Assembly: GCA_035248905.1 (NCBI GenBank) | Contig: DATFGX010000007.1 | Span: 4,700-68,699 of the forward strand | Length of the DNA stretch: 64,000 nucleotides | Reading direction: 5' to 3' | From: Blastocatellia bacterium | GTDB lineage: Bacteria; Acidobacteriota; Blastocatellia; UBA7656 | Shown here: piece after piece, positions 11,654-23,576 of the stretch | Layout: each line of letters opens with the position of its first letter | Numbering within the stretch: position 1 is the stretch's first letter | Notes under the pieces: generated by a model | What the model was told of the DNA's origin: nothing | Database searches by the model: none | Seen by the model: only the letters and a program-made list of their open reading frames with translations | Position numbers and translations under genes: made by a program

Positions 11654-11700
11654 GTGGCCATTGCACTCAACCATAACTGACCACTGGCCACTGGCCACTG
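11610..11700. repeat. Inverted heptamer-repeat hairpin (GTGGCCA-type): CAGTGGCCAGTGGCCAGTGGCCAG ... CCACTGGCCACTGGCCACTG
   Basis: Perfect inverted arms with a ~45 nt spacer that contains the tmk stop codon. The left arm is inside the tmk reading frame. Confidence 0.8.
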
Positions 11701-11704
11701 TTTT

Positions 11705-12493
11705 ATGCTGGATGATGAACTGGTAATCGAAACTCCTGAGCGCGTCGAGCTGCATTACGTGCTGGCCAACGTCGGCAACCGCTTTCTCGCGGCGGCCATC
11801 GATCACCTGATTCAAGCGCTGTTGATCTTGCTGGTGCTGTTGCTCGCCGGCGCCTTCAGCGACGGGCCGCTGTTTCGCGGCTCGGCGGTCTGGGCGGCAG
11901 CGATTGCCGTGCTGCTGGTCTTCGGGATTATTTGGGGCTACTTCGTCGCCTTCGAGACGCTGTGGAGCGGCCAGACGCCGGGCAAGCGCTGGATGCGGCT
12001 GCGCGTCATCCGTGAGGATGGGCGGCCCGTGCGCTTCTTCGAAGTCTTCGTGCGCAACCTGCTGCGCCTGGTCGTTGATCTTCTGCCACCCCTGACATAC
12101 GCGATCGGCGTCATCTCGATCATCTTCAGCGCGCGCTCCAAGCGCGTCGGCGATTTCGTCGCCGGCACCGTCGTCGTCAAGGAGCGCGCCACCGAAGCGC
12201 CGTCGCTCGACGACATCATCAAGATTTCCAACATCGAACAGGAGCGCCTGGAGCGCGCCGCGCCCGCCGCCTTCACGCTCGACACCCGCCTGCTCAACGA
12301 CGCGGAGCTGCGCGCCATCGAAGTCTTCCTCAAGCGCCGCTACGAGCTGACGCCAGCCAACCGCACCGCGCTGGCGGCGCGCATCGCGCAACCCTTGCTC
12401 GCCCGGCTCAACCTCGCCGCCGGCGGCCTCGCGCCCGAAGCCGTGCTCGAAGAGATCGAGCGCCAGCGCCGGGCCCAGTCGCGCTACTTCTGA
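11705..12493 (+). CDS. RDD family membrane protein
   Basis: Motif RFLAAAIDHLIQALL (R-x-x-A-x-x-ID) plus multiple TM helices, then a soluble C-terminal extension. Confidence 0.55.
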   Translation: MLDDELVIETPERVELHYVLANVGNRFLAAAIDHLIQALLILLVLLLAGAFSDGPLFRGSAVWAAAIAVLLVFGIIWGYFVAFETLWSGQTPGKRWMRLRVIREDGRPVRFFEVFVRNLLRLVVDLLPPLTYAIGVISIIFSARSKRVGDFVAGTVVVKERATEAPSLDDIIKISNIEQERLERAAPAAFTLDTRLLNDAELRAIEVFLKRRYELTPANRTALAARIAQPLLARLNLAAGGLAPEAVLEEIERQRRAQSRYF

Positions 12494-12518
12494 ATCGCTG
12501 GCTGCCAGAAAAAGAAAA

Positions 12519-12560
12519 ACAATAATTACTGTTGATTTTTACTTTCGCCTGAGTTAGGCT
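12519..12560 (+). promoter_or_regulatory. AT-rich operator-like motif plus candidate promoter (TTGATT-17-TAGGCT) upstream of the fur-family gene
   Basis: CAATAATTACTGTTGATTTTTAC is an AT-rich island in a GC-rich genome. It shares TAATTA-N4-6-TTGATTT with the site upstream of dps. Confidence 0.4.
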
Positions 12561-12566
12561 GTCAAC

Positions 12567-13016
12567 GTGGCGAAAGGGAAGACGACAGCAGAGACACAGG
12601 CGCGGCGCGAGTCGTTGCGCGCGGCGCTCGACGCCGGCGGCTACAGCATGACCAGTCAGCGCGCCGCCGTCTACGACTACCTGAGCGGCGTCGATCATCA
12701 CCCGACGGCGGAAGAGGTCTTTCTGGCGGTCAAGCGGCGGCTGCCGAAGCTCAGCCTGGCGACGGTTTATAAAAACCTCGAAGCCCTGGTCGCCTGCGGC
12801 GCGGTGTCGCGCTTCGCCTACGGCGATGGCTCGGCGCGCTACGACATCCGCACCGATCACCACTACCACACGCGCTGCCTAAAGTGCGGCAAGGTCTCAG
12901 ACCTCGACGCCGCGGCGGGCGACGAGTGGCTGCGCCGCCTCCGCCCGCCGTCGGGCTTCAAGGTCAAGGACTACCGGCTGGAATTGCTCGGCTATTGCGC
13001 CGACTGCCAGCCGTAA
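12567..13016 (+). CDS. Fur-family metalloregulator (Fur/PerR-like)
   Basis: Winged-helix N-terminus with SQRAAVYDYL...HPTAEEV. Metal-site motifs HHYHTRCLKCGKV and CADCQ are present. GTG start. Lies directly upstream of dps, which suggests PerR-like peroxide/iron control. Confidence 0.8.
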   Translation: MAKGKTTAETQARRESLRAALDAGGYSMTSQRAAVYDYLSGVDHHPTAEEVFLAVKRRLPKLSLATVYKNLEALVACGAVSRFAYGDGSARYDIRTDHHYHTRCLKCGKVSDLDAAAGDEWLRRLRPPSGFKVKDYRLELLGYCADCQP

Positions 13017-13029
13017 AATTTTTTTACTA

Positions 13030-13060
13030 TCAATCAATAGTAATTATTCCTATTGATTTC
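13030..13060 (+). promoter_or_regulatory. Palindromic AT-rich operator-like site upstream of dps (TCAATAGTAATTATTCCTATTGATTT)
   Basis: Inverted 7-mers TCAATAG/CTATTGA flank TAATTATTC. The site shares TAATTA...TTGATTT with the site upstream of the fur-like gene. Confidence 0.4.
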
Positions 13061-13077
13061 AAACAGGAGAGGAACGA

Positions 13078-13581
13078 ATGCAGAATCAAACCGCAGCAGA
13101 AGCGCAGGCGATGCCCATTGACATCGGCATCGAAGAGAATGACCGCCGCGAGATTGCCGCAGGGCTGTCGCGGCTATTGGCCGACACCTACACGCTCTAT
13201 CTCAAGACCCACAACTTTCACTGGAACGTCACCGGGCCGATGTTCCAGACGCTGCACCTGATGTTCGAGCAGCAGTACAACGAGCTGGCCCTGGCCGTTG
13301 ACCTGATCGCCGAGCGCATCCGCGCGCTGGGCTTCCCGGCCCCCGGCTCGTACCAACAGTTCGCCGCACTCTCTTCGATCAAGGAAGAAGCAGGCGTGCC
13401 CGCCGCCGAGCAGATGATCCGCGCGCTGGTTGCCGGCCAGGAGGCCGTGGCGCGCACGGCGCGTTCGATCTTTGACGTCGTCGAGCGCGCCAACGACCAG
13501 CCGACGGCTGACCTGCTGACGCAGCGACTCCAGGTTCACGAAAAGACGGCGTGGATGCTGCGCAGTCTGCTCGCCGCGTGA
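13078..13581 (+). CDS. dps: Dps (DNA-binding ferritin-like protein)
   Basis: [52 protein letters not shown] matches the Dps ferroxidase-site region. RBS AGGAGAGG lies upstream. Confidence 0.9.
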   Translation: MQNQTAAEAQAMPIDIGIEENDRREIAAGLSRLLADTYTLYLKTHNFHWNVTGPMFQTLHLMFEQQYNELALAVDLIAERIRALGFPAPGSYQQFAALSSIKEEAGVPAAEQMIRALVAGQEAVARTARSIFDVVERANDQPTADLLTQRLQVHEKTAWMLRSLLAA

Positions 13582-13689
13582 GGCTGCGACTTGAAGATCG
13601 CGGCGGCCTGCGCGACTCGCGCGCGCCGCTGCGAATCACTATACTGCTCGACTGGACAGGCGAGATTGTGCGGCAGGAGAGTGGAGGCA

Positions 13690-14574
13690 ATGAAGATCAC
13701 AAAATCGGTCGAGCGCTTTGCAGCACGAATGACGATGGGCCTGTTGATGGTCGCGTGTGTGGCGTGGAGTGGTGCGGCGCAGAAAACGACACCAACGATC
13801 TGGTCAGGCACGAGCGCCGGCTACGCGATTCAGTGGACGGGCACTGACTTGACGGCGCGTCAGGCCGCCGGCGCGGCGACGCCGCTCTTTTCGGCGCGGC
13901 AGTTGGCCCGCCAGGATTTTGCCGACATCGAAAAAGACAACGACAGCCATTGCGAGTACGAACGCCACTTCACTTTACTCTCGGTGGTCGGCACAATCAT
14001 CAGCTATCAAGACGGCTACATGACCTTCTGCGAGACGGCGGCACATCCCGGCGGCGAGACACGCTTCGTCGCCGTTGACCTGTCGAAGCCGGCGCGCGCG
14101 CGGCGCGGCTCGGACGACACCATGTTGCCGGGTAATGCGGCGAAGCTGACAGATTATTTTCCGGCGACTGAAATTCACAAAGCGCTGATGGCCGACACGC
14201 TCATTCAGAAAGCACTTAATGGCAAGCACCCGCGGACGCTCGCGGAACTGCTCAAGCTCATCGGCGAAGAGTTCCCGACCGTCGCCGAGGACGAGAAGAC
14301 ATGCTTCACGCTGGAGTCCGACTTGCTGACGCGCTTCGTCTTTCATCACGTCGAGGGCAATAAAGTCGCCGTGCGATTGGGCCTGTCGGGCGCGGGCGTG
14401 TGCCGTAACAACCTGACGCAGATCGGCCTCTTGCTGCCCATCCCGGCTTCGCTCCAGCAGGCGCTGGCGCACGCCGACGCCGGCAGCGAAGGCTTCTTGA
14501 TGAACCGCAAGGTCGGCGCGGGCCGCCAGACGAACTTCGTGGCCGAAACCAAAAAGCGACCGTCGCGCCAGTAG
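13690..14574 (+). CDS. Hypothetical secreted protein
   Basis: GGAGG RBS before the ATG. Signal peptide MKITKSVERFAARMTMGLLMVACVAWSGAAQ. No recognisable domain. Confidence 0.45.
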   Translation: MKITKSVERFAARMTMGLLMVACVAWSGAAQKTTPTIWSGTSAGYAIQWTGTDLTARQAAGAATPLFSARQLARQDFADIEKDNDSHCEYERHFTLLSVVGTIISYQDGYMTFCETAAHPGGETRFVAVDLSKPARARRGSDDTMLPGNAAKLTDYFPATEIHKALMADTLIQKALNGKHPRTLAELLKLIGEEFPTVAEDEKTCFTLESDLLTRFVFHHVEGNKVAVRLGLSGAGVCRNNLTQIGLLLPIPASLQQALAHADAGSEGFLMNRKVGAGRQTNFVAETKKRPSRQ

Positions 14575-14694
14575 CTTCAACCTTTGCCCGAATTCAATCC
14601 TCCGCTGCGTGGCTTGAGCCGCTCTGGCCGGCGTGCTATTTTCCATGCGGCTCGCTCAACCGTTTACGCTTAGCTTCACTCTCGCGGAGGTTGT

Positions 14695-17430
<2,736 letters not shown>

Positions 17431-17441
17431 GAATTCCTCTT

Positions 17442-19106
17442 TCACCGCGGCACGACGCCGGTAAAGACGTAGGCGTAGGCCATCACGATCAAGCCGACCA
17501 AGCTTGCGAGCGCCACGGAGTGCCACAAGACGAAGCGAAAGATCTGGCCTTCGTTGCCGACCTGATTCGTCGCCGCGGTAGCGACGACGATCGATTGCGC
17601 ATCAATCATCTTGCCCATGACGCCGCCGGCGCTGTTGGCCGCGCACATCAGCACGGGGCTGAGTCCGAGCTGCTCGGCGGTGATGCGTTGCAAGCCGCCG
17701 AACAAGGCGTTCGATGAGGTGTCGCTGCCCGTGAGCGCGACGCCCAGCCAGCCCAGGAAAGTGCCGAAGAAGGGAAACCATGCGCCCGTGCGCGTGAACG
17801 CCAGGCCCATCACCGCGTCCATCCCCGAATAGCGCGTCACAAATCCCAGGCCCAACATAAATGCAATCGCCAGCACCGCGAAGCGCATGCGCACGAGCGT
17901 CTTCCAAAAAATCCGTGCTAGCTCCATCGGCGCGACGCCGAGCAGCAGGCCCGCGACCAGCGCCGCCAGAAAGCAGCCCGTGCCGGTCGCCGCCAGCCAG
18001 TTGAAGTCGAACTTCGCGGCTTCGGGCTGTGGTCTGGCGACCACCGGCGCGGCGCGCGTCACCGCCCCGTGCAGCGCCGGCACGTCCCAGCCGCCGCGCT
18101 CGAAGGCCGGCGTCGTCCAGCGGTTCATCGTGGTTTTTATTACCGGCAATCCCCAGAGCAGAACGAAGACTGTAAGAATCACGAACGGCATCCATGCCCG
18201 TGCGAGCTGACGGGCCGAGTAGGTCTGTTCGGCGGGCGGCGCCGCCTCCGCGTCAGGCTGGCTTTCCTTGTCGCCCTTGAAGCGCCACACGCGCTTCGGC
18301 TTCCAGAAGCGCAGGAAGATGGTCGTCGCCACCAGCGACACGACGCCGCCGACGATGTCAACGAGGTTGCTGTCTACGAAATTCGACCATGCGAACTGCG
18401 TCGCGGCAAATGAAACGCCGACGACTAAAATCGCCGGCAGCACTTCGAAGGTTTCGCGCCAGCCGACCATCGTGCGCACCAGCCAGAACGGCACGATGAG
18501 GGCCGTGATCGGCAGGATGCGACCGAGCATGGCATTCAAGTCCGCTTCGGGCAGACCCGACACGGCGGCGAGCGTATGCACGGGCGTGCCGATTGCGCCC
18601 CAGGCGACCGGCGCAGTGTTGGCGATCAGGTTCAACGCCGCCGCGTGAAATGGCCGGAAGCCGAGGCCGATCAAGAAGGCGCCGGCAATCGCTACCGGCG
18701 CGCCAAAACCCGCAGCCCCTTCGATGAGCGCGCCGAAGCAGAAGGCCACGAGTAAGGCTTGCAGCCGGCGGTCTTCGGTAATGTGGGCGACAGACGATTT
18801 CATGATCTCGAACTGCCCTGTGTGAACGGTCACGTCGTAGAGGAAGACGGCGGCGACGACGATCCAGGCGATCTTCAAGACGCCGAACGCCGCGCCGAAC
18901 GCCAGGGATGCCGCCGACAGCCGCCACGGCATCTGGAAGACCAGGCTGGCGCAGGCGAGCGCCGTCAGCGCTCCCGCAAGCGCTGCCCAGTGCGGCTTGA
19001 CGCGGAAGATGGCCAGCAAGCTCAAGAGCACGACGACGGGCAACGCCGCGACCAGCGTCGATAGCCACCACGCGCCCAGCGGGTCATACACCTGTGTCCA
19101 GTTCAT
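17442..19106 (-). CDS. L-lactate permease family transporter (LctP)
   Basis: ~550 aa polytopic protein. N-terminus MNWTQVYDPLGAWWLSTLVAALPVVVLL and overall topology match the LctP family. Confidence 0.8.
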   Translation of the reverse strand: MNWTQVYDPLGAWWLSTLVAALPVVVLLSLLAIFRVKPHWAALAGALTALACASLVFQMPWRLSAASLAFGAAFGVLKIAWIVVAAVFLYDVTVHTGQFEIMKSSVAHITEDRRLQALLVAFCFGALIEGAAGFGAPVAIAGAFLIGLGFRPFHAAALNLIANTAPVAWGAIGTPVHTLAAVSGLPEADLNAMLGRILPITALIVPFWLVRTMVGWRETFEVLPAILVVGVSFAATQFAWSNFVDSNLVDIVGGVVSLVATTIFLRFWKPKRVWRFKGDKESQPDAEAAPPAEQTYSARQLARAWMPFVILTVFVLLWGLPVIKTTMNRWTTPAFERGGWDVPALHGAVTRAAPVVARPQPEAAKFDFNWLAATGTGCFLAALVAGLLLGVAPMELARIFWKTLVRMRFAVLAIAFMLGLGFVTRYSGMDAVMGLAFTRTGAWFPFFGTFLGWLGVALTGSDTSSNALFGGLQRITAEQLGLSPVLMCAANSAGGVMGKMIDAQSIVVATAATNQVGNEGQIFRFVLWHSVALASLVGLIVMAYAYVFTGVVPR

Positions 19107-19269
19107 CGGCTTTGTCTCTTCGGGTCAAGAAATGATGAGGCCGCCAGATTACTACTCAGAGGTGACAGGTGACAAGTGGCAAGGCGGCTGACGGCGCTTC
19201 TGTGATACAATGGCGCGCGTCAAATGGCGAGGCCTGAGCGGAAAGCCCACCTTCGGATAGGAGACACAC

Positions 19270-20385
19270 ATGAGCACACAGGGGTGCGCGACGGCAGAGG
19301 GGACACGGCGTTATGCGGCGCGGCTCGCTTCGCTGACGGCGGCAGGGCATTTCCGCCAGCAGCAGGAATTGTTCATGTCATCGATCGGCCTGGGGACGTA
19401 TCTGGGCCACTGGGACGAGCGCACCGACCGCATGTATCAGGAAGCCATCCGCCGCGCCGTCGAATTGGGCTGCAACGTCATTGACTCGGCCATCAACTAC
19501 CGCTTCCAGCGCAGCGAGCGCGCGATTGGCGCGGCGCTCAAGCAACTGTTCGAGAGCCAGCGGGCGGCGCGCGACGAAGTGATCATCGCTACAAAAGGCG
19601 GCTTCATCCCTTTCGACGACGAGCCGCCGCGCGACGCGCGCGCCTGGATCATCGAAAACATTATCGCGAAGGGCGCGGCGAAGGCCGACGAGATCGTCGG
19701 CGGCAGCCACTGCATGGCGCCGCGCTACCTGGACAATCAACTGTCGCGCAGCCTCGCAAACCTCGACCTCGACTGCATCGATATTTACTACATTCACAAC
19801 CCGGAGACGCAGCTTCAAGCGGTGTCGCGTGACGAATTCAACGGACGCATCCGCGCCGCCTTCGGCTTTCTCGAAGAGGCCGCCGCCGCCGGGCGCATAC
19901 ACTTTTATGGGACGGCGACGTGGAACGGCTATCGCCAGTCGCCGACGGCGCGCGACTACCTGTCGCTTGAAAAGCTGGTCGGCCTCGCACGCGAAGTGGC
20001 GGGCGACGCGCATCACTTTCGCGTCGTTCAACTGCCGTACAACCTGGCGATGCCAGAGGCGCTCACCGAAGGCAATCAAACGGTCGGCGGCGAAGCGCTG
20101 TCCGTGTTGATGGCGGCAAACCGGTTGGGGCTGACCGTGATGTGCAGCGCGGCGATCCTGCAAGGGCGGCTGAGCAGCGGCTTGCCGGAATTCGTCGGCG
20201 CGACGCTCGCAGGCTTGCGCACCGACGCGCAGCGCGCCATTCAATTCGCGCGCTCGACGCCGGGCGTGACGACGGCGCTGGTCGGCATGAGCCACCGCTC
20301 GCACGTCGAAGAGAACCTTGAAGTCGCGCGCGTCGAGCCGCCGCCGGTCGAGCAGTTCTTCCAGATGTTTTCGAGCGGCGAGTGA
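19270..20385 (+). CDS. Aldo/keto reductase
   Basis: GCNVIDSAINYR motif and GLGTY present. AGGAGA RBS upstream of the ATG. Confidence 0.8.
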   Translation: MSTQGCATAEGTRRYAARLASLTAAGHFRQQQELFMSSIGLGTYLGHWDERTDRMYQEAIRRAVELGCNVIDSAINYRFQRSERAIGAALKQLFESQRAARDEVIIATKGGFIPFDDEPPRDARAWIIENIIAKGAAKADEIVGGSHCMAPRYLDNQLSRSLANLDLDCIDIYYIHNPETQLQAVSRDEFNGRIRAAFGFLEEAAAAGRIHFYGTATWNGYRQSPTARDYLSLEKLVGLAREVAGDAHHFRVVQLPYNLAMPEALTEGNQTVGGEALSVLMAANRLGLTVMCSAAILQGRLSSGLPEFVGATLAGLRTDAQRAIQFARSTPGVTTALVGMSHRSHVEENLEVARVEPPPVEQFFQMFSSGE

Positions 20386-20492
20386 AACAGTGGCCACTGG
20401 CCACTATTCGGCTTTTGCACTTTTTGAATCTGCGGCTGCGTATTGTAGAATGGGAAGAGAAGTCTCCCGGCGTAGAGATTGACGGCAAAGCC

Positions 20493-21770
20493 ATGCAAGC
20501 GATCTATACCAGGGCAATCGAAGACGAGTCGGCGCTCTTTGCACCGCTGCCGCAACCGCCGTTCGCCGCGCGTTTGTGGCGCGCGCTCACGGACGCGGCG
20601 CGCGAGTTTGCCCGCGGCCCGCTGGTCTTTTTGCGCCGCGCCTTTCTGCCTGAGCACATGGGCGACTGGCTGCCTGCGCGTTTCGGCAAAGCGCTCGCCT
20701 GGTTCGCCGCGCATCCACTGGCCGTGCTCGGCGGCCTGTGGCAGCGCGAGCGCATCCCGGTCGGCTTCATCAACCCGCGCGCCGCGCGCAGCGCTAGCTT
20801 CGTCGTCAACGCGTCTGCGCCGACCGTCGCCAAGCTGCGCGCATGGGATCGCTTCGTCCCTGTGCTCGTCGGTTCGGGCGCGGCGCACGGCGCGTTGATC
20901 ATCCTGCTGGTCTACCTGACGATCCGCAACATGCTGGCGCCGTTCACCGATGTCAAAATCGTCAATCAGCCATATCGCCCGTTCACGGAAGACCAGATCG
21001 CGCAGCTCTACGCGCGCAAGATCACGCAGCCGAAGCCGACCGATCAAGTCTTATCGCTCGAAGAGCTGCGCGAGCGCGAGCGCAAGCGCCGCGAGGAACT
21101 CGAACGCCGCCGCAAAGAAGAAGAGGAGCGCTTGAAAGCCGAGCGCGAGAAAGCCGAACGCGAAGCCAAAGCCGCCGAAGAGAAAGCCAAAGCCGAAGCC
21201 GCGGCTAAAGAGGCGAGCAACGGGCCGATGCAGTTCGGCACGATCAACGAGGCGGCGATCAAAGACATGATTGCCAAAATGTTCGAGAGCTATAAAAACG
21301 GCGAGCTGGATGCCGGCAACTACGCGGTCAGGCTCGGCTTCAGGATTAACTGCGATGGCTCGATGCCGCGAGAGAGCATTCGTCTCCTGCCATGGGACAA
21401 GGCAACGCCACCGGACCCGAAGAAAGAAAACCTGGCCAAGCAGATCCTCTGGCTCATCGGCGAGTCGCATGCGGTCGGGTCACTCTGCCAGTTCAGCTCC
21501 AATAGCATCGACTTCGAAATGAACGACGAGATTACGCGGTTAAGCATCACCGGCTTCGGCCCGACGCCCGAGTGGACTAATGAGAAAGCCATGCAACTGA
21601 AGACGCTATTCCTGGGCATCTCGTTGTTGAAGGGCAACACAGACACCGGCCAGCTCGCCAAGCTCGTCAAGATTCACACCACCAGCAAACGGCTGGACCT
21701 CGACCTGACCATCTCGCGCGAGCGCGCCAACGAAATGATGCGCGCCAGCCAGCGCAGCAATCCCCAGTAA
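20493..21770 (+). CDS. Hypothetical membrane protein with K/E/A-rich coiled-coil linker (TolA-like architecture)
   Basis: One TM helix (VPVLVGSGAAHGALIILLVYLTI). The linker is EELRERERKRREELERRRKEEEERLKAEREKAEREAKAAEEKAKAEAAAKEA, followed by a C-terminal globular domain. The start is uncertain. The longer ORF-track start reads through a GTGGCCA repeat. Confidence 0.45.
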   Translation: MQAIYTRAIEDESALFAPLPQPPFAARLWRALTDAAREFARGPLVFLRRAFLPEHMGDWLPARFGKALAWFAAHPLAVLGGLWQRERIPVGFINPRAARSASFVVNASAPTVAKLRAWDRFVPVLVGSGAAHGALIILLVYLTIRNMLAPFTDVKIVNQPYRPFTEDQIAQLYARKITQPKPTDQVLSLEELRERERKRREELERRRKEEEERLKAEREKAEREAKAAEEKAKAEAAAKEASNGPMQFGTINEAAIKDMIAKMFESYKNGELDAGNYAVRLGFRINCDGSMPRESIRLLPWDKATPPDPKKENLAKQILWLIGESHAVGSLCQFSSNSIDFEMNDEITRLSITGFGPTPEWTNEKAMQLKTLFLGISLLKGNTDTGQLAKLVKIHTTSKRLDLDLTISRERANEMMRASQRSNPQ

Positions 21771-21843
21771 TTCGCCTTTTCGCCTTCTCGTCCTTCCTGT
21801 ATAACAACACACATCCCCTGAATCATCCGAAGGGAGCGTGAAG

Positions 21844-22416
21844 ATGGACGCGAAGCTCTGGACAGACCTTGTGCAGCCGGACATCTCGATACTCGAAAAG
21901 ATCATCCGCCCGATCCTCGTCTATCTCTTCCTGATCGTCGGCCTGCGGCTGGCGGGCAAGCGCGAGCTGGCGCAGCTCAACGCCTTCGACCTGGTGGTTT
22001 TGCTTACTTTGTCGAATACCGTGCAGAACGCCATCATCGGCAACGACAATTCGGTGCTCGGCGGACTGATCGGCGCGACGACGCTGCTGGTGGTGAATTA
22101 TGTGATGGTGCGCTTCTTCTACACGCACGAGAAGCTTGACCGCATTATCGAAGGCGACGCCGACCTGCTGATGGATAACGGCCAGATCAACGAAGGCCGC
22201 TGCAAGAAAGAATTGATCACGCGCGCCGAGCTTGAGGCCGCGGCGCGCCGGCAAGGCTTCGCGTCGCTCGCTGAAGTCGACCGCGCGGTGCTTGAACCCG
22301 GCGGCACGATCTCTTTCATCGGCAAGCGCCCGTCGCCCGAAACGGCGCGCCACCAGGAGCTGTTAGCCAAGCTCGACGACGTGCTGCGCGAACTGGCTGA
22401 GTTGAAGAAACGCTGA
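21844..22416 (+). CDS. DUF421 (YetF-like) membrane protein
   Basis: RLAGKRELAQLNAFDLVVLLTLSNTVQNAIIG matches the YetF N-terminal domain. GAAGGGAG RBS lies 8 nt before the ATG. Confidence 0.7.
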   Translation: MDAKLWTDLVQPDISILEKIIRPILVYLFLIVGLRLAGKRELAQLNAFDLVVLLTLSNTVQNAIIGNDNSVLGGLIGATTLLVVNYVMVRFFYTHEKLDRIIEGDADLLMDNGQINEGRCKKELITRAELEAAARRQGFASLAEVDRAVLEPGGTISFIGKRPSPETARHQELLAKLDDVLRELAELKKR

Positions 22417-22762
22417 CGAAAAATGCCGTGTCTGGAGCATTGCAGGGCCGCGCTGTCGCTGCCTGTTTCTGATGGTAACGCTTAATTTTCAACACTTACG
22501 GGCGAGTTGAAGCTGCAAGAAAATTGCAAGATTTGGGATAAGCCCTTAGGGGGTTAACGTTTACTCCGCCTCAACACCCGCCGCCCGCCGCCCGCTGTTT
22601 GCCCGACTCTTCCACTCTGATTTTGACGTGATATACTGGCCGCTCGTTTACGAAGCACGCTGTTTGGAGCATTGAAGTAAAAATTTGGCGAGCAAGATGG
22701 GTTCTTGGGTCGTTGGCTCCGCAACAGCGTAAATTGCTAACCAAATCAACAGGAGGCAAGGA
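22417..22762 (+). other. Long (~345 nt) lower-GC leader upstream of the 3D-domain gene, with direct repeats GTCTGGAGCATTGCAG / GTTTGGAGCATTGAAG
   Basis: Unusually long non-coding stretch for this dense window. The two 16-mers lie ~230 nt apart. It ends in a strong RBS (ACAGGAGG). Confidence 0.4.
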
Positions 22763-23491
22763 ATGAATCACACCCCCAACAGGAGATTCACCAACGGCCT
22801 CTCCTCAGGTTTATCTATCCTGGCGATTTTTGCATTCGGGTACTCGATAAACGGCAACGCACAAACGCTGCGTACGGCCGATCATCCCACCGTCACGAAA
22901 ACAGCCGAAGAAAAATCCCTCGACATCCCTGGCACCTTCAAAGACCTCCCCGCCGCCACAGATGCCGTCACCTCGAAGCGTGCGGTCGTCGAACCACGAC
23001 GCAGCGCGCGCCCATCTGCCAATCTAGCGCAACTCACAATTGACGAGAGCAAGGGCGTCAGCAATCGCACGCCGGCTCGCAGCACGACGAAGCCTACGGC
23101 TCGACCCGTCGCCCCGCCCGCTGTCCGCGGCGGTTCTGCTGATGTGATTGACGCTACAGACGCAGAGTTCGAGGATTTCCACGCCACGGCCTACTGCCTG
23201 CAAGGGCGCACGGCTTCGGGCGAGCTGGTGCAACCGGGGATCATCGCGGCTGATCCACGTGTGCTGCCGATTGGCACGGTCGTACACATCCGCGCCGGGA
23301 AATACACCGGCACCTACACCGTCAAAGACACTGGCGAGCGCATCAAAGGGCGCCGCGTTGACGTGTACGTGCCGAGTTACAGAGAGGCGAAAGCGTTCGG
23401 TCGGCGTCCGGTGAAGATTAAAATCCTCAGCCGCGCAGGACGTAACATGAGTCGGACAAGCCAGAAGAGCGTGCTTGCCGACACGCAATAG
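22763..23491 (+). CDS. Secreted 3D-domain protein (MltA-like 3D fold, putative cell-wall-binding/lytic)
   Basis: Signal peptide present. The C-terminal segment is FHATAYCLQGRTASGELVQPGIIAADPRVLPIGTVVHIRAGKYTGTYTVKDTGERIKGRRVDVYVPS, which is the 3D domain. Confidence 0.75.
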   Translation: MNHTPNRRFTNGLSSGLSILAIFAFGYSINGNAQTLRTADHPTVTKTAEEKSLDIPGTFKDLPAATDAVTSKRAVVEPRRSARPSANLAQLTIDESKGVSNRTPARSTTKPTARPVAPPAVRGGSADVIDATDAEFEDFHATAYCLQGRTASGELVQPGIIAADPRVLPIGTVVHIRAGKYTGTYTVKDTGERIKGRRVDVYVPSYREAKAFGRRPVKIKILSRAGRNMSRTSQKSVLADTQ

Positions 23492-23520
23492 TTTGCCGCT
23501 CGCCTTCGAGTAGTGAAAAG

Positions 23521-23576
23521 ACCGAAAGCCCGCAATCGCGCCAGTCGTGGTTGCGGGCTTCGGCTTTTATTTTTGC
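23521..23576. terminator. Bidirectional rho-independent terminator between convergent genes
   Basis: AAGCCCGCAA-loop-TTGCGGGCTT stem is followed by TTTTATTTTT on the + strand and preceded by an A/T-rich run for the - strand. Confidence 0.6.

Noticed and set aside
19107-19269. Checked intergenic regions for tRNA/tmRNA-like cloverleaf sequences (also 36686-36856, 46005-46060, 50649-50819, 56330-56505)
   Set aside because: No acceptor-stem/T-loop (GTTCRANNC) signatures found by eye. These regions look like ordinary divergent or leader promoter regions.
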